Origin: Gemmatimonas aurantiaca
GTDB lineage: Bacteria > Gemmatimonadota > Gemmatimonadetes > Gemmatimonadales > Gemmatimonadaceae
NCBI GenBank assembly: GCA_044463245.1
Contig: JBIQMO010000002.1
Coordinates: 10,338-74,337 of the forward strand
DNA: 64,000 bases
Direction: 5' to 3'
This document shows positions 19,866-29,681 of the stretch, piece after piece. The notes under the pieces are model-generated. The model had not been told where the DNA came from and ran no database searches. It saw only the letters and a program-made list of their open reading frames with translations. The first letter of the stretch is position 1. Each line of letters starts with the position of its first letter. A program made the translations under genes and the position numbers.

Positions 19866-21047
19866 ATGCCCATCGCCATACTGGACCCTTTCAGCGGGAT
19901 TGCTGGCGACATGACTCTGGGTGCGCTCGTGGATGTCGGACTCGATGCCGACTGGCTGCGCGCGCTCCCGGGTCGTCTGGGCATCGACGGTGTTCAGGTG
20001 CGCATCGACCGCGTCGAGCGCGCGGGGCTCGCGTGCACCAAGGTCGATTTCGAGATCCCGCCGCAGCCCCACTCGCGTGGAATCCGCGAGATCCGGAAGC
20101 TGATCGCCGACGCGAACGTTCCCGATGCCGTTCGCTCACGAGCCGACGCCGCATTCACCGTCCTCGCCGAAGCGGAGGGTGCGATCCATGGCGTGCCGCC
20201 CGAGGACGTGCACCTGCACGAGGTGGGAGCCGTAGATGCGATCCTCGACATCACTGGTTCCGTGTGGGGTTTCGAGCTGCTGGGCGTGCGGCGAGTGTAC
20301 TGTGGCGCGCTCACCGTGGGCGAGGGCACCGTGAGTGCAGCGCACGGAGTGCTTCCGGTCCCGGCACCGGCGACGATGAAGCTTCTCGAGGGACTCGAGG
20401 TACGTCCGGGGCCGCAGGGCTCGGGCGAGCTGGTGACGCCCACCGGTGCCGCGCTCGTACGGACGCTCTCTTCCGGGCTGCCGCCGGCCTCGTATACTCC
20501 GTTGCGCAGCGGCTTCGGCGCGGGGACGAAGAACCCTCGCGAGCGGGCGAACGCGCTGCGCATCATCCTCGCCGAGGAGCGCGCGCGCGATGGCGTGGAG
20601 GTCGACGATCTCCTGACACTCGCGACGGACATCGATGACATGGACGGTGAAGAGCTCGCGGCCGTGGCCGACACCCTGCGCGAGAGCGGCGCACTCGACG
20701 TGGTACTCACGCAGACGATCATGAAGAAGGGAAGACCCGGCACGAGGATCGAGGTGCTCTGTCGGCCCTCTGTTGCCGATGCGCTGGAGCGGGCCCTGTT
20801 TGTGCAGAGCAGCACTATCGGCGTTCGCAGAGCTCGTGTGGAGCGCGCGGCACTCCCGCGGGAGGAGCAAACCATACGTGTTCTGGGTCACGATGTTCGC
20901 GTGAAACTCGTCACGTTGCCATCCGGCGCGCAACGTGTGAAGCCCGGACACGATGATATTTCAGTCGTCGCAGCAGCTACAGGACGCGCATTGCGCGACG
21001 TCGCGGCGATCGCGCGCGCGGAAGCGGAACGGCTGCTCGGTCGCTAG
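19866..21047 (+). CDS. larC: Nickel-pincer cofactor nickel insertion protein LarC (DUF111)
   Basis: N-terminus MPIAILDPFSGIAGDMTLGALVDVG plus HLHEVGAVDAILDI. ATG 19866 is residue 99 of the ORF-track ORF. Confidence 0.85.
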   Translation: MPIAILDPFSGIAGDMTLGALVDVGLDADWLRALPGRLGIDGVQVRIDRVERAGLACTKVDFEIPPQPHSRGIREIRKLIADANVPDAVRSRADAAFTVLAEAEGAIHGVPPEDVHLHEVGAVDAILDITGSVWGFELLGVRRVYCGALTVGEGTVSAAHGVLPVPAPATMKLLEGLEVRPGPQGSGELVTPTGAALVRTLSSGLPPASYTPLRSGFGAGTKNPRERANALRIILAEERARDGVEVDDLLTLATDIDDMDGEELAAVADTLRESGALDVVLTQTIMKKGRPGTRIEVLCRPSVADALERALFVQSSTIGVRRARVERAALPREEQTIRVLGHDVRVKLVTLPSGAQRVKPGHDDISVVAAATGRALRDVAAIARAEAERLLGR

Positions 21048-21107
21048 TGTATTCCCGATTGCGAGCCCGGTTGGCTCGTCACACGTATCCACACCAGGAG
21101 ACCGTAG

Positions 21108-22631
21108 ATGAACGTATGGGGCAGGGCGGCCACGTGGGCACTCGCCCTCGGTGCGCTCACCGCTACAGCGGGGAAGGCGCAGGATAAGAAGGAAGGTGGC
21201 GCAGCCTGCAACGTGCAGGCTGCGAAGTCAGGCGATGTGAAGGACGCCTACAACGCCGTCACGGTGCTGCAGATCGGAAAGAGCAAGCCGGAAGACGCGA
21301 AGAAGAAGCTGGCCGATGCCATAGGCGACCTCACGAAGAAGGACGATTACGGGAAGGACCAGCTCCCGCGTAACTTCGTGCTCGGCTCCGCGCTCGTGAT
21401 GCTGTATGAGCAGCCCGGGCAGGCGCCTGTCGCCCCGGCCGCGTCGCTCGGTTACAAGAGTGGAGGCGGCGCGAGCATCGACCTCCTGAAGGCGGCGGAT
21501 TCGCTCTTCGCTACGGTCGAGACCGCGGATGCCTCGTGCAAGGAACAGACGAGCTACTTCCGCCAGCGGCCGTGGGCGCAGATGATCAACGAGGTCGGTC
21601 CGCTCATCAACGCGAACAACCTCGACTCCGCGCAGGCGCTCCTCGACCGGTCGCTGATCATCTATCGCGATTCGCCCTTCTCGTACTACTTCAAGGGACA
21701 GATCGCGCAGCAGAAGGAAGACTGGAAGACCGCGCAGGACGCGTTCGAAAAGGCAGTCCAGCTCTCCGATACGGCCGCGGCGGCGAAGGACTCGAACGTC
21801 GCGAACGTGAGGGAGTTCAGTGAGTTCGCGAGTGCGTTCTCGGCGTTCCGCGGTGCGCAGGGCCTCTCCGGCGACCAGCAGAAGGCGGCCATGAAGAGCG
21901 CGGCCGACCTGTACCGCCAGTACCTCAAGGATTACCCCAACGGCCCGAATGCCCAGCCGGCGCAGGCGGGTCTCACCGCCGCGCTGCAGACCGCCGGCGA
22001 CACCGAGTCGCTCACGGCCGTCTGGTCGGACATGGCCGCCAATCCCTCCAACTACAAGCCTGAGCAGCTCTACGACGCAGGCGTGCAGGCGTACTCCGCC
22101 GAGAAGTACGACCAGGCGGTGAAGCTCATGGAGCTGGGCGAGCAGGGGAACCCGTATCTGCGGGCCGGGCTCTTCAACCTCGCCAACGCCTACTGGAAGA
22201 ACAACCAGTTCGACAAGATGGTCCCCGTGGCGCGCAAGCTCGTCGAGATAGATCCGGACAACCCGGACAACTACCAGCTCCTGGCGATCGGCTACCAGGG
22301 AATGGGTAAGGCGGCGACCGATGCGAAGGTGCAGAAGCAGTTCTCGGATTCGGTGTCGAAGTACGTGGTGGCCTCCGACAAGCTCCCCGTGAAGGTGACC
22401 ATCGCCAACTTCACCCACGACAGCACCAAGCACACGCTGACCGGCTCGGTCGAGAACCTGGGCACCGCGCCCAAGAACGTCTCGCTCGCCGTGCAGTTCC
22501 TCGACAAGAGCGGTACGGTCGTGGACACCCAGACCGCCACTCTTTCGCTCAAGCCCAGCGCCAGCTCCGAGTTCACCCTCACCGCCAACGGCGAGGGAAT
22601 CGTGGCGTACCGGTACGAGCCAGTGAAGTAA
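21108..22631 (+). CDS. Secreted TPR-repeat protein
   Basis: Signal peptide (WALALGALTATAGKAQ) and TPR-like segments such as AGLFNLANAYWKNNQFDKMVPVARKLVEIDPDNPDNYQLLAIGY. Confidence 0.7.
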   Translation: MNVWGRAATWALALGALTATAGKAQDKKEGGAACNVQAAKSGDVKDAYNAVTVLQIGKSKPEDAKKKLADAIGDLTKKDDYGKDQLPRNFVLGSALVMLYEQPGQAPVAPAASLGYKSGGGASIDLLKAADSLFATVETADASCKEQTSYFRQRPWAQMINEVGPLINANNLDSAQALLDRSLIIYRDSPFSYYFKGQIAQQKEDWKTAQDAFEKAVQLSDTAAAAKDSNVANVREFSEFASAFSAFRGAQGLSGDQQKAAMKSAADLYRQYLKDYPNGPNAQPAQAGLTAALQTAGDTESLTAVWSDMAANPSNYKPEQLYDAGVQAYSAEKYDQAVKLMELGEQGNPYLRAGLFNLANAYWKNNQFDKMVPVARKLVEIDPDNPDNYQLLAIGYQGMGKAATDAKVQKQFSDSVSKYVVASDKLPVKVTIANFTHDSTKHTLTGSVENLGTAPKNVSLAVQFLDKSGTVVDTQTATLSLKPSASSEFTLTANGEGIVAYRYEPVK

Positions 22632-22640
22632 CTGCGGAGA

Positions 22641-22720
22641 GCGACGGGGTCAGGTCTTGACTTAATACATTTTCCAGCGGCCGCTGGAAAATGTATTAAG
22701 TCAAGACCTGACCCCGTCGC
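22641..22720. repeat. Exact 80-bp palindrome (40+40, no spacer)
   Basis: 22641-22680 (GCGACGGGGTCAGGTCTTGACTTAATACATTTTCCAGCGG) is followed immediately by its exact reverse complement at 22681-22720. I checked this base by base. Confidence 0.95.
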
Positions 22721-22893
22721 TTGCCCTCTCCAAGTCCCTCTCTCACCTTGCCTTCACCCACCTCATCTCCTAGGTTACTTCATGCCCTTGCGCCCTCGGG
22801 GGCGGGGGCGTGAGATGCGTAGAAAATAGTGGGGGAAGACCGGATCTCGAGGTCTTCCCCCGCCGCGTACTGAACCCTGGAGTTGCAGCAGCA

Positions 22894-24189
22894 ATGATTC
22901 GCGTCAGCCGGGTGCTCCCGGCGAGCATCGCCGAAGAGATCGGGATCGTTCCCCTCACCGAGCTCCGCTCGGTGAACGGACGCGAGCTCGGCGACTTCCT
23001 CGACTGGGAGTTCCTCACCGCGGACGATGAGCTGGTCATCGAGGCGCGCCTCCCCGACGGCGAGGAGGTGGTCTACGAGATCGAGCGCCCCGAGGGAGAG
23101 TCCCTCGGTGTGGAGCTGGAGCAGCCGCGGGTGCGGCGCTGCGCCAACCGCTGCGAGTTCTGTTTCATCGAGGGACTCCCCACAGGGCTGCGCAAGAACC
23201 TCTACGTACGCGATGACGACTATCGCCTCTCGTTCGCGTATGGCAACTTCGCCACGCTGTCGAACGTGAAGGAGCGGGACATCCAGCGGATCATCGAGTA
23301 CCGCCTCTCCCCGCTCTACGTCTCGGTGCACGCCACGCCGTGGGAGGCGCGCAAGGTCCTCCTCAACAACCCTCGCGTGCCCGACATCGTCGCGCAGCTC
23401 ACGCGCCTCGCGGAGGCTGGGATCCAGTTCCACGGCCAGATGGTCGTGGTGCCGGGGCTCAACGACGGTGATGTGCTCGAGCAGTCGCTCACCGACCTCT
23501 GGAACTTCGGCGACGCAGTCATCTCGGTTGCGGTCGTCCCCGTGGGGCTCACCCAGTTCTCCCACCTCTACACCGGCAAGTCGATGGACACCGAGACTGC
23601 CGGGGCGCTCCTCGCGCACGTGGAGCGGTGGGCGGCGCGCGCGCTGCGCGAGCGCGGCGACCGTTGGGTATACGGGTCCGACGAGCTTTACCTCCTCGCG
23701 CGCCGCGAGCTCCCCGGTGCCGAGCACTATGGCGACTTCCCGCAGATCGAGAACGGCGTGGGTTCCGTCGCGCACCTGCGCCGCAGAGTGGCGGATGCGC
23801 TTGCCTCCTTTCCGCGGCTGGATGGCCGTCGCATCGGTATCGTGACGGGAGCTTCGATGGGCGCGGGGATCATGCAGCGACTGCTCGCCGACATCAGGGA
23901 AGTGACGGGCGCCGACTTCGAGCTCATCGTCCGCGAGAACTCGCTCTTCGGCCCGACCACCACCACGGCGGGACTGCTCGTGGGCGCCGACATCCGCGCC
24001 GCGCTCGCCGATCGGCACGACCTCGACATAGCGCTCATCCCGGCGGAGTCGATCAACGAAGACGGAATCTTCCTCGACGACGTGCAGTTCATCGCGCTGC
24101 GCGAGGAGCTGCCGATGCCGGTGTATCCGTCGTACGACTTCATAGACGTGCTCGAGTCGGAAGGGGCATCTACGGTGGCGCCGCGATGA
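22894..24189 (+). CDS. Radical-SAM-type protein with PDZ-like N-domain and DUF512
   Basis: CX3CX2C cluster motif CANRCEFC. This family commonly sits directly upstream of der. ATG 22894 is residue 29 of the ORF-track ORF. Confidence 0.72.
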   Translation: MIRVSRVLPASIAEEIGIVPLTELRSVNGRELGDFLDWEFLTADDELVIEARLPDGEEVVYEIERPEGESLGVELEQPRVRRCANRCEFCFIEGLPTGLRKNLYVRDDDYRLSFAYGNFATLSNVKERDIQRIIEYRLSPLYVSVHATPWEARKVLLNNPRVPDIVAQLTRLAEAGIQFHGQMVVVPGLNDGDVLEQSLTDLWNFGDAVISVAVVPVGLTQFSHLYTGKSMDTETAGALLAHVERWAARALRERGDRWVYGSDELYLLARRELPGAEHYGDFPQIENGVGSVAHLRRRVADALASFPRLDGRRIGIVTGASMGAGIMQRLLADIREVTGADFELIVRENSLFGPTTTTAGLLVGADIRAALADRHDLDIALIPAESINEDGIFLDDVQFIALREELPMPVYPSYDFIDVLESEGASTVAPR

Positions 24190-25493
24190 ACATCCCGGTA
24201 GTCGCTCTGATCGGCCGACCGAACGTCGGGAAGTCGGCGCTCTTCAACCGGCTCGCTGGCGGCGACGCGGCGATCGTGACATCGCAGGCCGGCACCACGC
24301 GCGACCGCAACTTCGCGCGCGCCGACTGGAACGGTCGCACCTTCTGGCTGGTGGACACGGGCGGGCTCACCGATGACCCCAACGTCCCCATGGATGTCGA
24401 GATCCGCCGCCAGGTGATGCAGGCCATCGCCGAGGCCGACGTGCTCATGTTCGTCGTCGACGCGCAGGCGGGGATCCATCCGCAGGATCAGCGTGTGCTC
24501 GAGATCCTGCGCGAGTCGGGGAAGCCGTGGCTGGTGGTCGCCAACAAGGTGGATGACCCGCGTACCGCGGATTATTTCGAGTTCTACAACCTCGGCGCCG
24601 TGGAGGTGCATCCCGTGTCGGCGAGGAACGGGAAGGGCTCCGGCGATCTCCTCGACGCGCTGGTGGAGCGTTTCCCCGAGGGGATGTCGGAGGAGAGCGA
24701 TGCGCTCCGCGTGGCCGTCGTTGGGCGTCCGAACGTGGGGAAGTCTTCCATCGTCAACCGTCTGATCGGCGAGGAGCGGCTGGTGGTGTCGGCCACCGCG
24801 GGTACCACTCGCGACGCGATCGACACGCCCATGCAGTACCACGGACGTACGCTCGTGTTCATCGACACCGCCGGCCTCAGACGACAGTCCAAGGTGGACG
24901 AGGGGATCGAGTTCTACTCCACGCTCCGCACCCGTCGCGCCATAGAGCGCGCCGACGTGTGCGTGCTGGTGATAGACGCCACCGAAGGACTCGAGAATCA
25001 GGACCTCAGGATCGCGACGATGGCGTGGGAGCGCGGCGCGGGCCTCATCCTGGTCGTCAACAAGTGGGACCTCGTGGAGAAGGGGGACAAGACGGCCGAC
25101 GTCTTCAGGAAGAACGCCGGCGAGAAGGCGCCGTTCCTGCGCTACGTTCCGTTCCTTTTCACATCCGCGCTCACCGGCCAGCGCGTGATGAAGCTGCTCG
25201 ATACGATCATCGCGGTGCAGGGCGAGCGCGAGCGGCGCATTGCCACCGCGCGAGTGAACGAGCGGCTCGGCGAGCTGACCGCTCGCCTGCAGCCGCCGCA
25301 GGCGGCCGGGCACGAGGTGAAGCTGAACTACGCCACGCAGGTGGAGATCGAGCCGCCCACCTTCGCGATCTTCGGCAACCACCCCGAGCTAGTGGCGGAG
25401 AACTACCTTCGCTACCTGCAGAACGGCTTCCGCGAATCATGGGGCTTCATCGGGAGCCCGCTGCGCATCGTGCTCCGACGCAAGGCCGCCTGA
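24186..25493 (+). CDS. der: Ribosome-associated GTPase Der (EngA)
   Basis: Two GTPase domains: GRPNVGKS twice, DTGG and DTAG, NKVD and NKWD. ATG 24186 overlaps the upstream stop (ATGA). Confidence 0.93.
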   Translation: MNIPVVALIGRPNVGKSALFNRLAGGDAAIVTSQAGTTRDRNFARADWNGRTFWLVDTGGLTDDPNVPMDVEIRRQVMQAIAEADVLMFVVDAQAGIHPQDQRVLEILRESGKPWLVVANKVDDPRTADYFEFYNLGAVEVHPVSARNGKGSGDLLDALVERFPEGMSEESDALRVAVVGRPNVGKSSIVNRLIGEERLVVSATAGTTRDAIDTPMQYHGRTLVFIDTAGLRRQSKVDEGIEFYSTLRTRRAIERADVCVLVIDATEGLENQDLRIATMAWERGAGLILVVNKWDLVEKGDKTADVFRKNAGEKAPFLRYVPFLFTSALTGQRVMKLLDTIIAVQGERERRIATARVNERLGELTARLQPPQAAGHEVKLNYATQVEIEPPTFAIFGNHPELVAENYLRYLQNGFRESWGFIGSPLRIVLRRKAA

Positions 25494-26108
25494 ATGCCGC
25501 CGGTCGTCGGCATCCTCATCGCCTACCTGCTGGGCGGAATCCCGGCGGCGTACCTGGCCGGGCGCCTAGTCAAGGGGATCGATCTGCGGCGGCACGGCTC
25601 TGGGAATCTCGGTGCGACCAACGTCTACCGCGTGCTGGGAGCGAAGGCCGCGGTCCCCGTCTTCCTCTTCGACATCGCCAAGGGCGCCGCCGCGGTGGCG
25701 CTCCTCCCACGGCTCACGGGCTCGCCGCACGCCGCGATCTGGGCTCTGGCGTACGGACTCGCTGCGATCGCCGGCCACATACGCTCGCCGTATCTCGGAT
25801 GGAGCTCGGGCGGGAAGGGCGTCGCCACCGCGCTCGGCGTATTCGTCGCACTCGTTCCATGGGCAACGCTGACCGCACTCGCCGCCTGGCTCGCGGTGTT
25901 CGCCCTCTCGCGAATCGTCTCGCTCGCTTCGCTCGCATCCGCGGTTGTGCTGCCGATAGCGATCGTCGCATTCGACGGCGTGCGTTCACCCGTCTTTCTT
26001 CTCAGCGTGGTGGTGAGTCTCGTCGTGATCTGGCTGCACCGCGCCAACATCGATCGTCTCCGACACGGGCAGGAGCACCGCGTTGGCCAGGGGAGGACGG
26101 CCGTCTGA
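25494..26108 (+). CDS. plsY: Glycerol-3-phosphate acyltransferase PlsY
   Basis: HGSGNLGATNVYRVLG motif in a 204-aa polytopic membrane protein. The ATG abuts the der stop. Confidence 0.9.
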   Translation: MPPVVGILIAYLLGGIPAAYLAGRLVKGIDLRRHGSGNLGATNVYRVLGAKAAVPVFLFDIAKGAAAVALLPRLTGSPHAAIWALAYGLAAIAGHIRSPYLGWSSGGKGVATALGVFVALVPWATLTALAAWLAVFALSRIVSLASLASAVVLPIAIVAFDGVRSPVFLLSVVVSLVVIWLHRANIDRLRHGQEHRVGQGRTAV

Positions 26109-27103
26109 TGCGCTGCGCGGTGATAGGAGCGGGAGCGTGGGGAACTGCGCTCGCCGATCTCCTGGCGCGGAATGGGCACGACGTGCTGCTCTGGGCGTAC
26201 GAGCCCGATGTAGCGCACGCCATCAACACACGCCACTCCAACCCCCGCTTCCTTCCCGGCGCGTCGCTGGCGCGCTCGCTCCGCTGCACTTCGTCGCTGG
26301 AGGAGTCGCTGGACGGTGCGGAGATGGTCACTTACGTGACGCCTTCGCACGTGCTGCGTGCAGTCTCTCGCGGAGCGGCGCCGCATACGAGCACGGAGGC
26401 TACGCTGGTGGTAGCCAGCAAGGGGATCGAGCGCGAGACGCTGCGCATGATGAGCGAGGTGGTGCGCGAGGAGACCGGTGCCGCCGCCGTCGTCGCGCTC
26501 TCGGGCCCGAGCTTCGCCGCCGAGGTGGCACAACGCCAGCCCACCGCGGTGGTCGCGGCGTCGACCGATCACGAGCGCGCCGTGGGCGTGCAGCTCGCCT
26601 TCAGCAACCAGTCGTTTCGCGTATACACGCACGACGATGAGCTCGGGGTCGAGCTGGGCGGCGCGCTCAAGAACGTGATGGCGATCGCGACGGGGCTGGC
26701 GGAAGGACTGGGACTGGGACACAATCCGCGAGCCGCGCTCATCACTCGCGGCCTCGCCGAGATAGCCCGCCTCGGAGACGCACTGGGCGCCGACCCCCGC
26801 ACCCTCGCCGGGCTCGCGGGACTGGGAGACCTGGTTCTCACGTGTACGGGCGCGCTGAGTCGCAACAGGGCGCTGGGGATGGAGATCGGGAAGGGAGCGA
26901 CGCTGGAAGAAGCGCTCGCCACGCGCGAGACGGTGGCAGAGGGAGTATTCACCACGCAGAGCGCCCACGCGCTCGCGGCACGGGAGGGAGTGGAGATGCC
27001 GATAGTATCGGCGGTGCACCGCATTCTTTTCGAGCAGCAGCCGCCGCGCGATGCCATGGATGATCTGATGTCGCGCGAGCTGCGAGCGGAGAGCGACAGA
27101 TGA
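26108..27103 (+). CDS. gpsA: NAD(P)H-dependent glycerol-3-phosphate dehydrogenase GpsA
   Basis: MRCAVIGAGAWGTALA N-terminus and NPRAALITRGLAEI. ATG 26108 is residue 384 of the ORF-track ORF and overlaps the plsY stop by 1 nt. Confidence 0.92.
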   Translation: MRCAVIGAGAWGTALADLLARNGHDVLLWAYEPDVAHAINTRHSNPRFLPGASLARSLRCTSSLEESLDGAEMVTYVTPSHVLRAVSRGAAPHTSTEATLVVASKGIERETLRMMSEVVREETGAAAVVALSGPSFAAEVAQRQPTAVVAASTDHERAVGVQLAFSNQSFRVYTHDDELGVELGGALKNVMAIATGLAEGLGLGHNPRAALITRGLAEIARLGDALGADPRTLAGLAGLGDLVLTCTGALSRNRALGMEIGKGATLEEALATRETVAEGVFTTQSAHALAAREGVEMPIVSAVHRILFEQQPPRDAMDDLMSRELRAESDR

Positions 27104-27465
27104 CCGACAACGAGCCCGTTCAGGAGTTCTACTCGATCGGCGAGGTGTGCGAGCTCACCGGCCTCAAGCCGCACGTCCTGCGCTACTGGGAGAGCCAGTT
27201 CCGTTTCCTCAACCCCGCCAAGAATCGCTCGGGAAACCGCGTGTATCAGCGCCGCGAGATCGAGCTGATCACGCTCGTCAAGCACCTGCTCTACACCGAG
27301 AAGTACACCATCGAGGGCGCCCGGCACAAAGTGGATCAGCACCGGAAGAAGGGCGACGTCCGCCCCGCCGCGCGCGCCGCGCTCGACCTCGAGACGATCG
27401 ATATGCTGGAGTCGGAGCTGAAGGAGCTCTACGCATTCCTCGGCGGAGGGAACGAAAGCGAGTGA
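27100..27465 (+). CDS. MerR family transcriptional regulator
   Basis: HTH segment YSIGEVCELTGLKPHVLRYWESQF in a 121-aa ORF. ATGA overlap with gpsA. Confidence 0.8.
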   Translation: MTDNEPVQEFYSIGEVCELTGLKPHVLRYWESQFRFLNPAKNRSGNRVYQRREIELITLVKHLLYTEKYTIEGARHKVDQHRKKGDVRPAARAALDLETIDMLESELKELYAFLGGGNESE

Positions 27466-28136
27466 TGGACTCCGTGGCGTGCGTGATCCCCGCGCTCGAT
27501 GCGGAGGAGACGCTGGGCTCGGTCGCGGGCCGCCTGCGCGTCGTGCTTCCGAAGGCCGTCCTCGTGGTGGTGGACGATGGCTCCGCCGATGCCACGAGGA
27601 GCGTGGCGCGCGAGTGTTGCGATGTGCTGGTGCGCTTTCCGTCGAACCGCGGGAAGGGCGTCGCGCTGCGCGCCGGTATCACCGCGGCGTTGAAGCGCGG
27701 CGCGGACGTTGTACTGACGATCGATGCCGATGGGCAGCACCCGCCGGAGGCGGCGCCTTCGCTCATCGCGGCACTCGAGCGCGCCGACATCGCCATAGGA
27801 ACTCGCTCGCGCGACGCGCGGGAAATGCCGCTCGGGCGGCGGATGACCAACGCGCTCGCGAGCGCGGCCGTAGGTGCCATCATCGGCCGAGAGGTCGCGG
27901 ATTCCCAGTCCGGCTTCCGTGCCATTCGCCGTGCCGTGCTCGAGGCGGTGTCCGCGCGCGGCGACCGCTTCGAGTACGAGACCGACTTCCTCATTAGGGC
28001 GGGCCGCGCCGGCTTTCGCATCGCGCCGGTTCCGATCGCCACTCTGTACGGCGTTCCGAGCCACTTCAGGACGCTCCGCGATTCGACACTCGTGGTACGC
28101 ACCATCTGGCGCCACCGCGGCGGAGCGTTCGGCTGA
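27465..28136 (+). CDS. Family 2 glycosyltransferase
   Basis: VIPALDAEETLG, VVVDDGSADAT and IDADGQH (DxD-type). ATG 27465 is residue 107 of the ORF-track ORF. Confidence 0.8.
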   Translation: MDSVACVIPALDAEETLGSVAGRLRVVLPKAVLVVVDDGSADATRSVARECCDVLVRFPSNRGKGVALRAGITAALKRGADVVLTIDADGQHPPEAAPSLIAALERADIAIGTRSRDAREMPLGRRMTNALASAAVGAIIGREVADSQSGFRAIRRAVLEAVSARGDRFEYETDFLIRAGRAGFRIAPVPIATLYGVPSHFRTLRDSTLVVRTIWRHRGGAFG

Positions 28137-28137
28137 G

Positions 28138-28902
28138 ATGCGCCTTCTGTGCACGAACGATGATGGGATCCTCGCGCACGGGCTCGACTGCCTCGTACGC
28201 GCGGTCACACCGCTCGGCGAGGTGACGGTCGTCGCCCCCGATCGCGAACAGAGCGCGACGAGCCATTCGCTCACGCTGCACCATCCGATACGGCCGGTCG
28301 CGCGCGGCGAGCGGCGCTACCAGGTGGACGGCACCCCCACTGACTGCGTCATGGTGGCGGTGGAGGCACTGATGCCCGAGCGCCCCGACTTCGTCCTCAG
28401 CGGCGTGAACCACGGTCAGAACATGGGCGAGGACGTCCTCTATTCCGGCACCGTGGCCGCGGCGATGGAGGGAGTCACGCTCGGCATTCCTTCCATAGCT
28501 ATCTCCTTCGCTGGCGGCGAGCTGCGCGCACAACCGGAGATCCTCACGGCGCAGCTCGATGTCATATCGCGGCTGCTCGCTCACCTCACATCGCTCGGCA
28601 ACATGCCGCGCGACACGTTGCTCAACGTCAACCTGCCCCCCCTCGAGCCGGAGCGGATAAAGGGCGTGCGTCTCACGCGGCTGGGTCGGCGCGTCTATTC
28701 CGATTCGCTGGTCCGGATGCGCGATCCACGCGGGCGCGAGATCTACTGGATCGGCGGTGGCTCCGCCGAATGGAGCGGCGCCGCCGATTCCGACTTCCGC
28801 GCGGTGGACGAGGGTTACATTTCCGTCACGCCCCTCTCACTCGACCTCACGCACACTCGAATGCTGGCGGACGCGGACACTTGGTGGATGGAGCTGCCTT
28901 GA
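28138..28902 (+). CDS. surE: 5'/3'-nucleotidase SurE
   Basis: MRLLCTNDDGI N-terminus and GVNHGQNMGEDVLYSGTVAAAMEG. Confidence 0.92.
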   Translation: MRLLCTNDDGILAHGLDCLVRAVTPLGEVTVVAPDREQSATSHSLTLHHPIRPVARGERRYQVDGTPTDCVMVAVEALMPERPDFVLSGVNHGQNMGEDVLYSGTVAAAMEGVTLGIPSIAISFAGGELRAQPEILTAQLDVISRLLAHLTSLGNMPRDTLLNVNLPPLEPERIKGVRLTRLGRRVYSDSLVRMRDPRGREIYWIGGGSAEWSGAADSDFRAVDEGYISVTPLSLDLTHTRMLADADTWWMELP

Positions 28903-29549
28903 ACAACGTCCCTGGACTTCGCGGCGCGCGACGTCGCCTCGTGGAAGCGCTCCAGGCGGGTGGCATCCGCGACCTCTCGGTGCTCCGCGCATTCGACGAG
29001 GTGCCGCGCCACCTCTTCGTCCCGACCGGGATGCGCCACCGCGCGTACGAGGACAGCGCGCTCCCCATCGGGCAGGGGCAGACCATCTCGCAGCCCTCCA
29101 CGCACGCGCGCTACCTCGAGCTCCTGCAGCTCACCGGGCACGAGAAGGTGCTGGAGATCGGCACCGGCTCTGGCTACCAGACCGCGCTGCTCGCGCACCT
29201 CGCATCGCAGGTCTTCTCGATAGAGCGCGTCGCGCCGCTTCTGGAGCGAGCGCGCGATGCGATCCGGCAGACGGGCGCGCGCAACGTATCCGTTCTCGTC
29301 GGCGACGGCACGCTCGGCTGGCGCGATTACGGTCCGTACGACGCAATTCTTGTAACCGCGGGCGCGCCGGACATCCCCCGGCCGCTCGCCGAGCAGCTCG
29401 CCGAGGGCGGCCGGATGCTCATCCCCCTGGGCGGGCGCGAGGAGCAGTTGCTCACCCTTGTAACAAGACGTGGCGACTCGCTCCAGCGCCGTGACATCGG
29501 CCCCGCGAGATTCGTCCCGCTGGTAGGAACTTTCGGCTGGGCCGGGTAG
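28899..29549 (+). CDS. pcm: Protein-L-isoaspartate O-methyltransferase
   Basis: QTISQPS and VLEIGTGSGYQTALLA. The start is uncertain: TTG 28899 (TTGA overlap with surE), GTG 28884 or TTG 28881. Confidence 0.87.
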   Translation: MNNVPGLRGARRRLVEALQAGGIRDLSVLRAFDEVPRHLFVPTGMRHRAYEDSALPIGQGQTISQPSTHARYLELLQLTGHEKVLEIGTGSGYQTALLAHLASQVFSIERVAPLLERARDAIRQTGARNVSVLVGDGTLGWRDYGPYDAILVTAGAPDIPRPLAEQLAEGGRMLIPLGGREEQLLTLVTRRGDSLQRRDIGPARFVPLVGTFGWAG

Positions 29550-29681
29550 CCCCGCGTCGCCGACAGCGCCGCTCTGGCGCCGCCGGGCGCGGGGCTCTTC
29601 CCAGAAGGGCCGCCCGGGCCCAGTATTCCAGACCCTGTTTTCGAAGCGCTCCCGCGACGCAGCGGGTGCAGTGGAGAGTCG

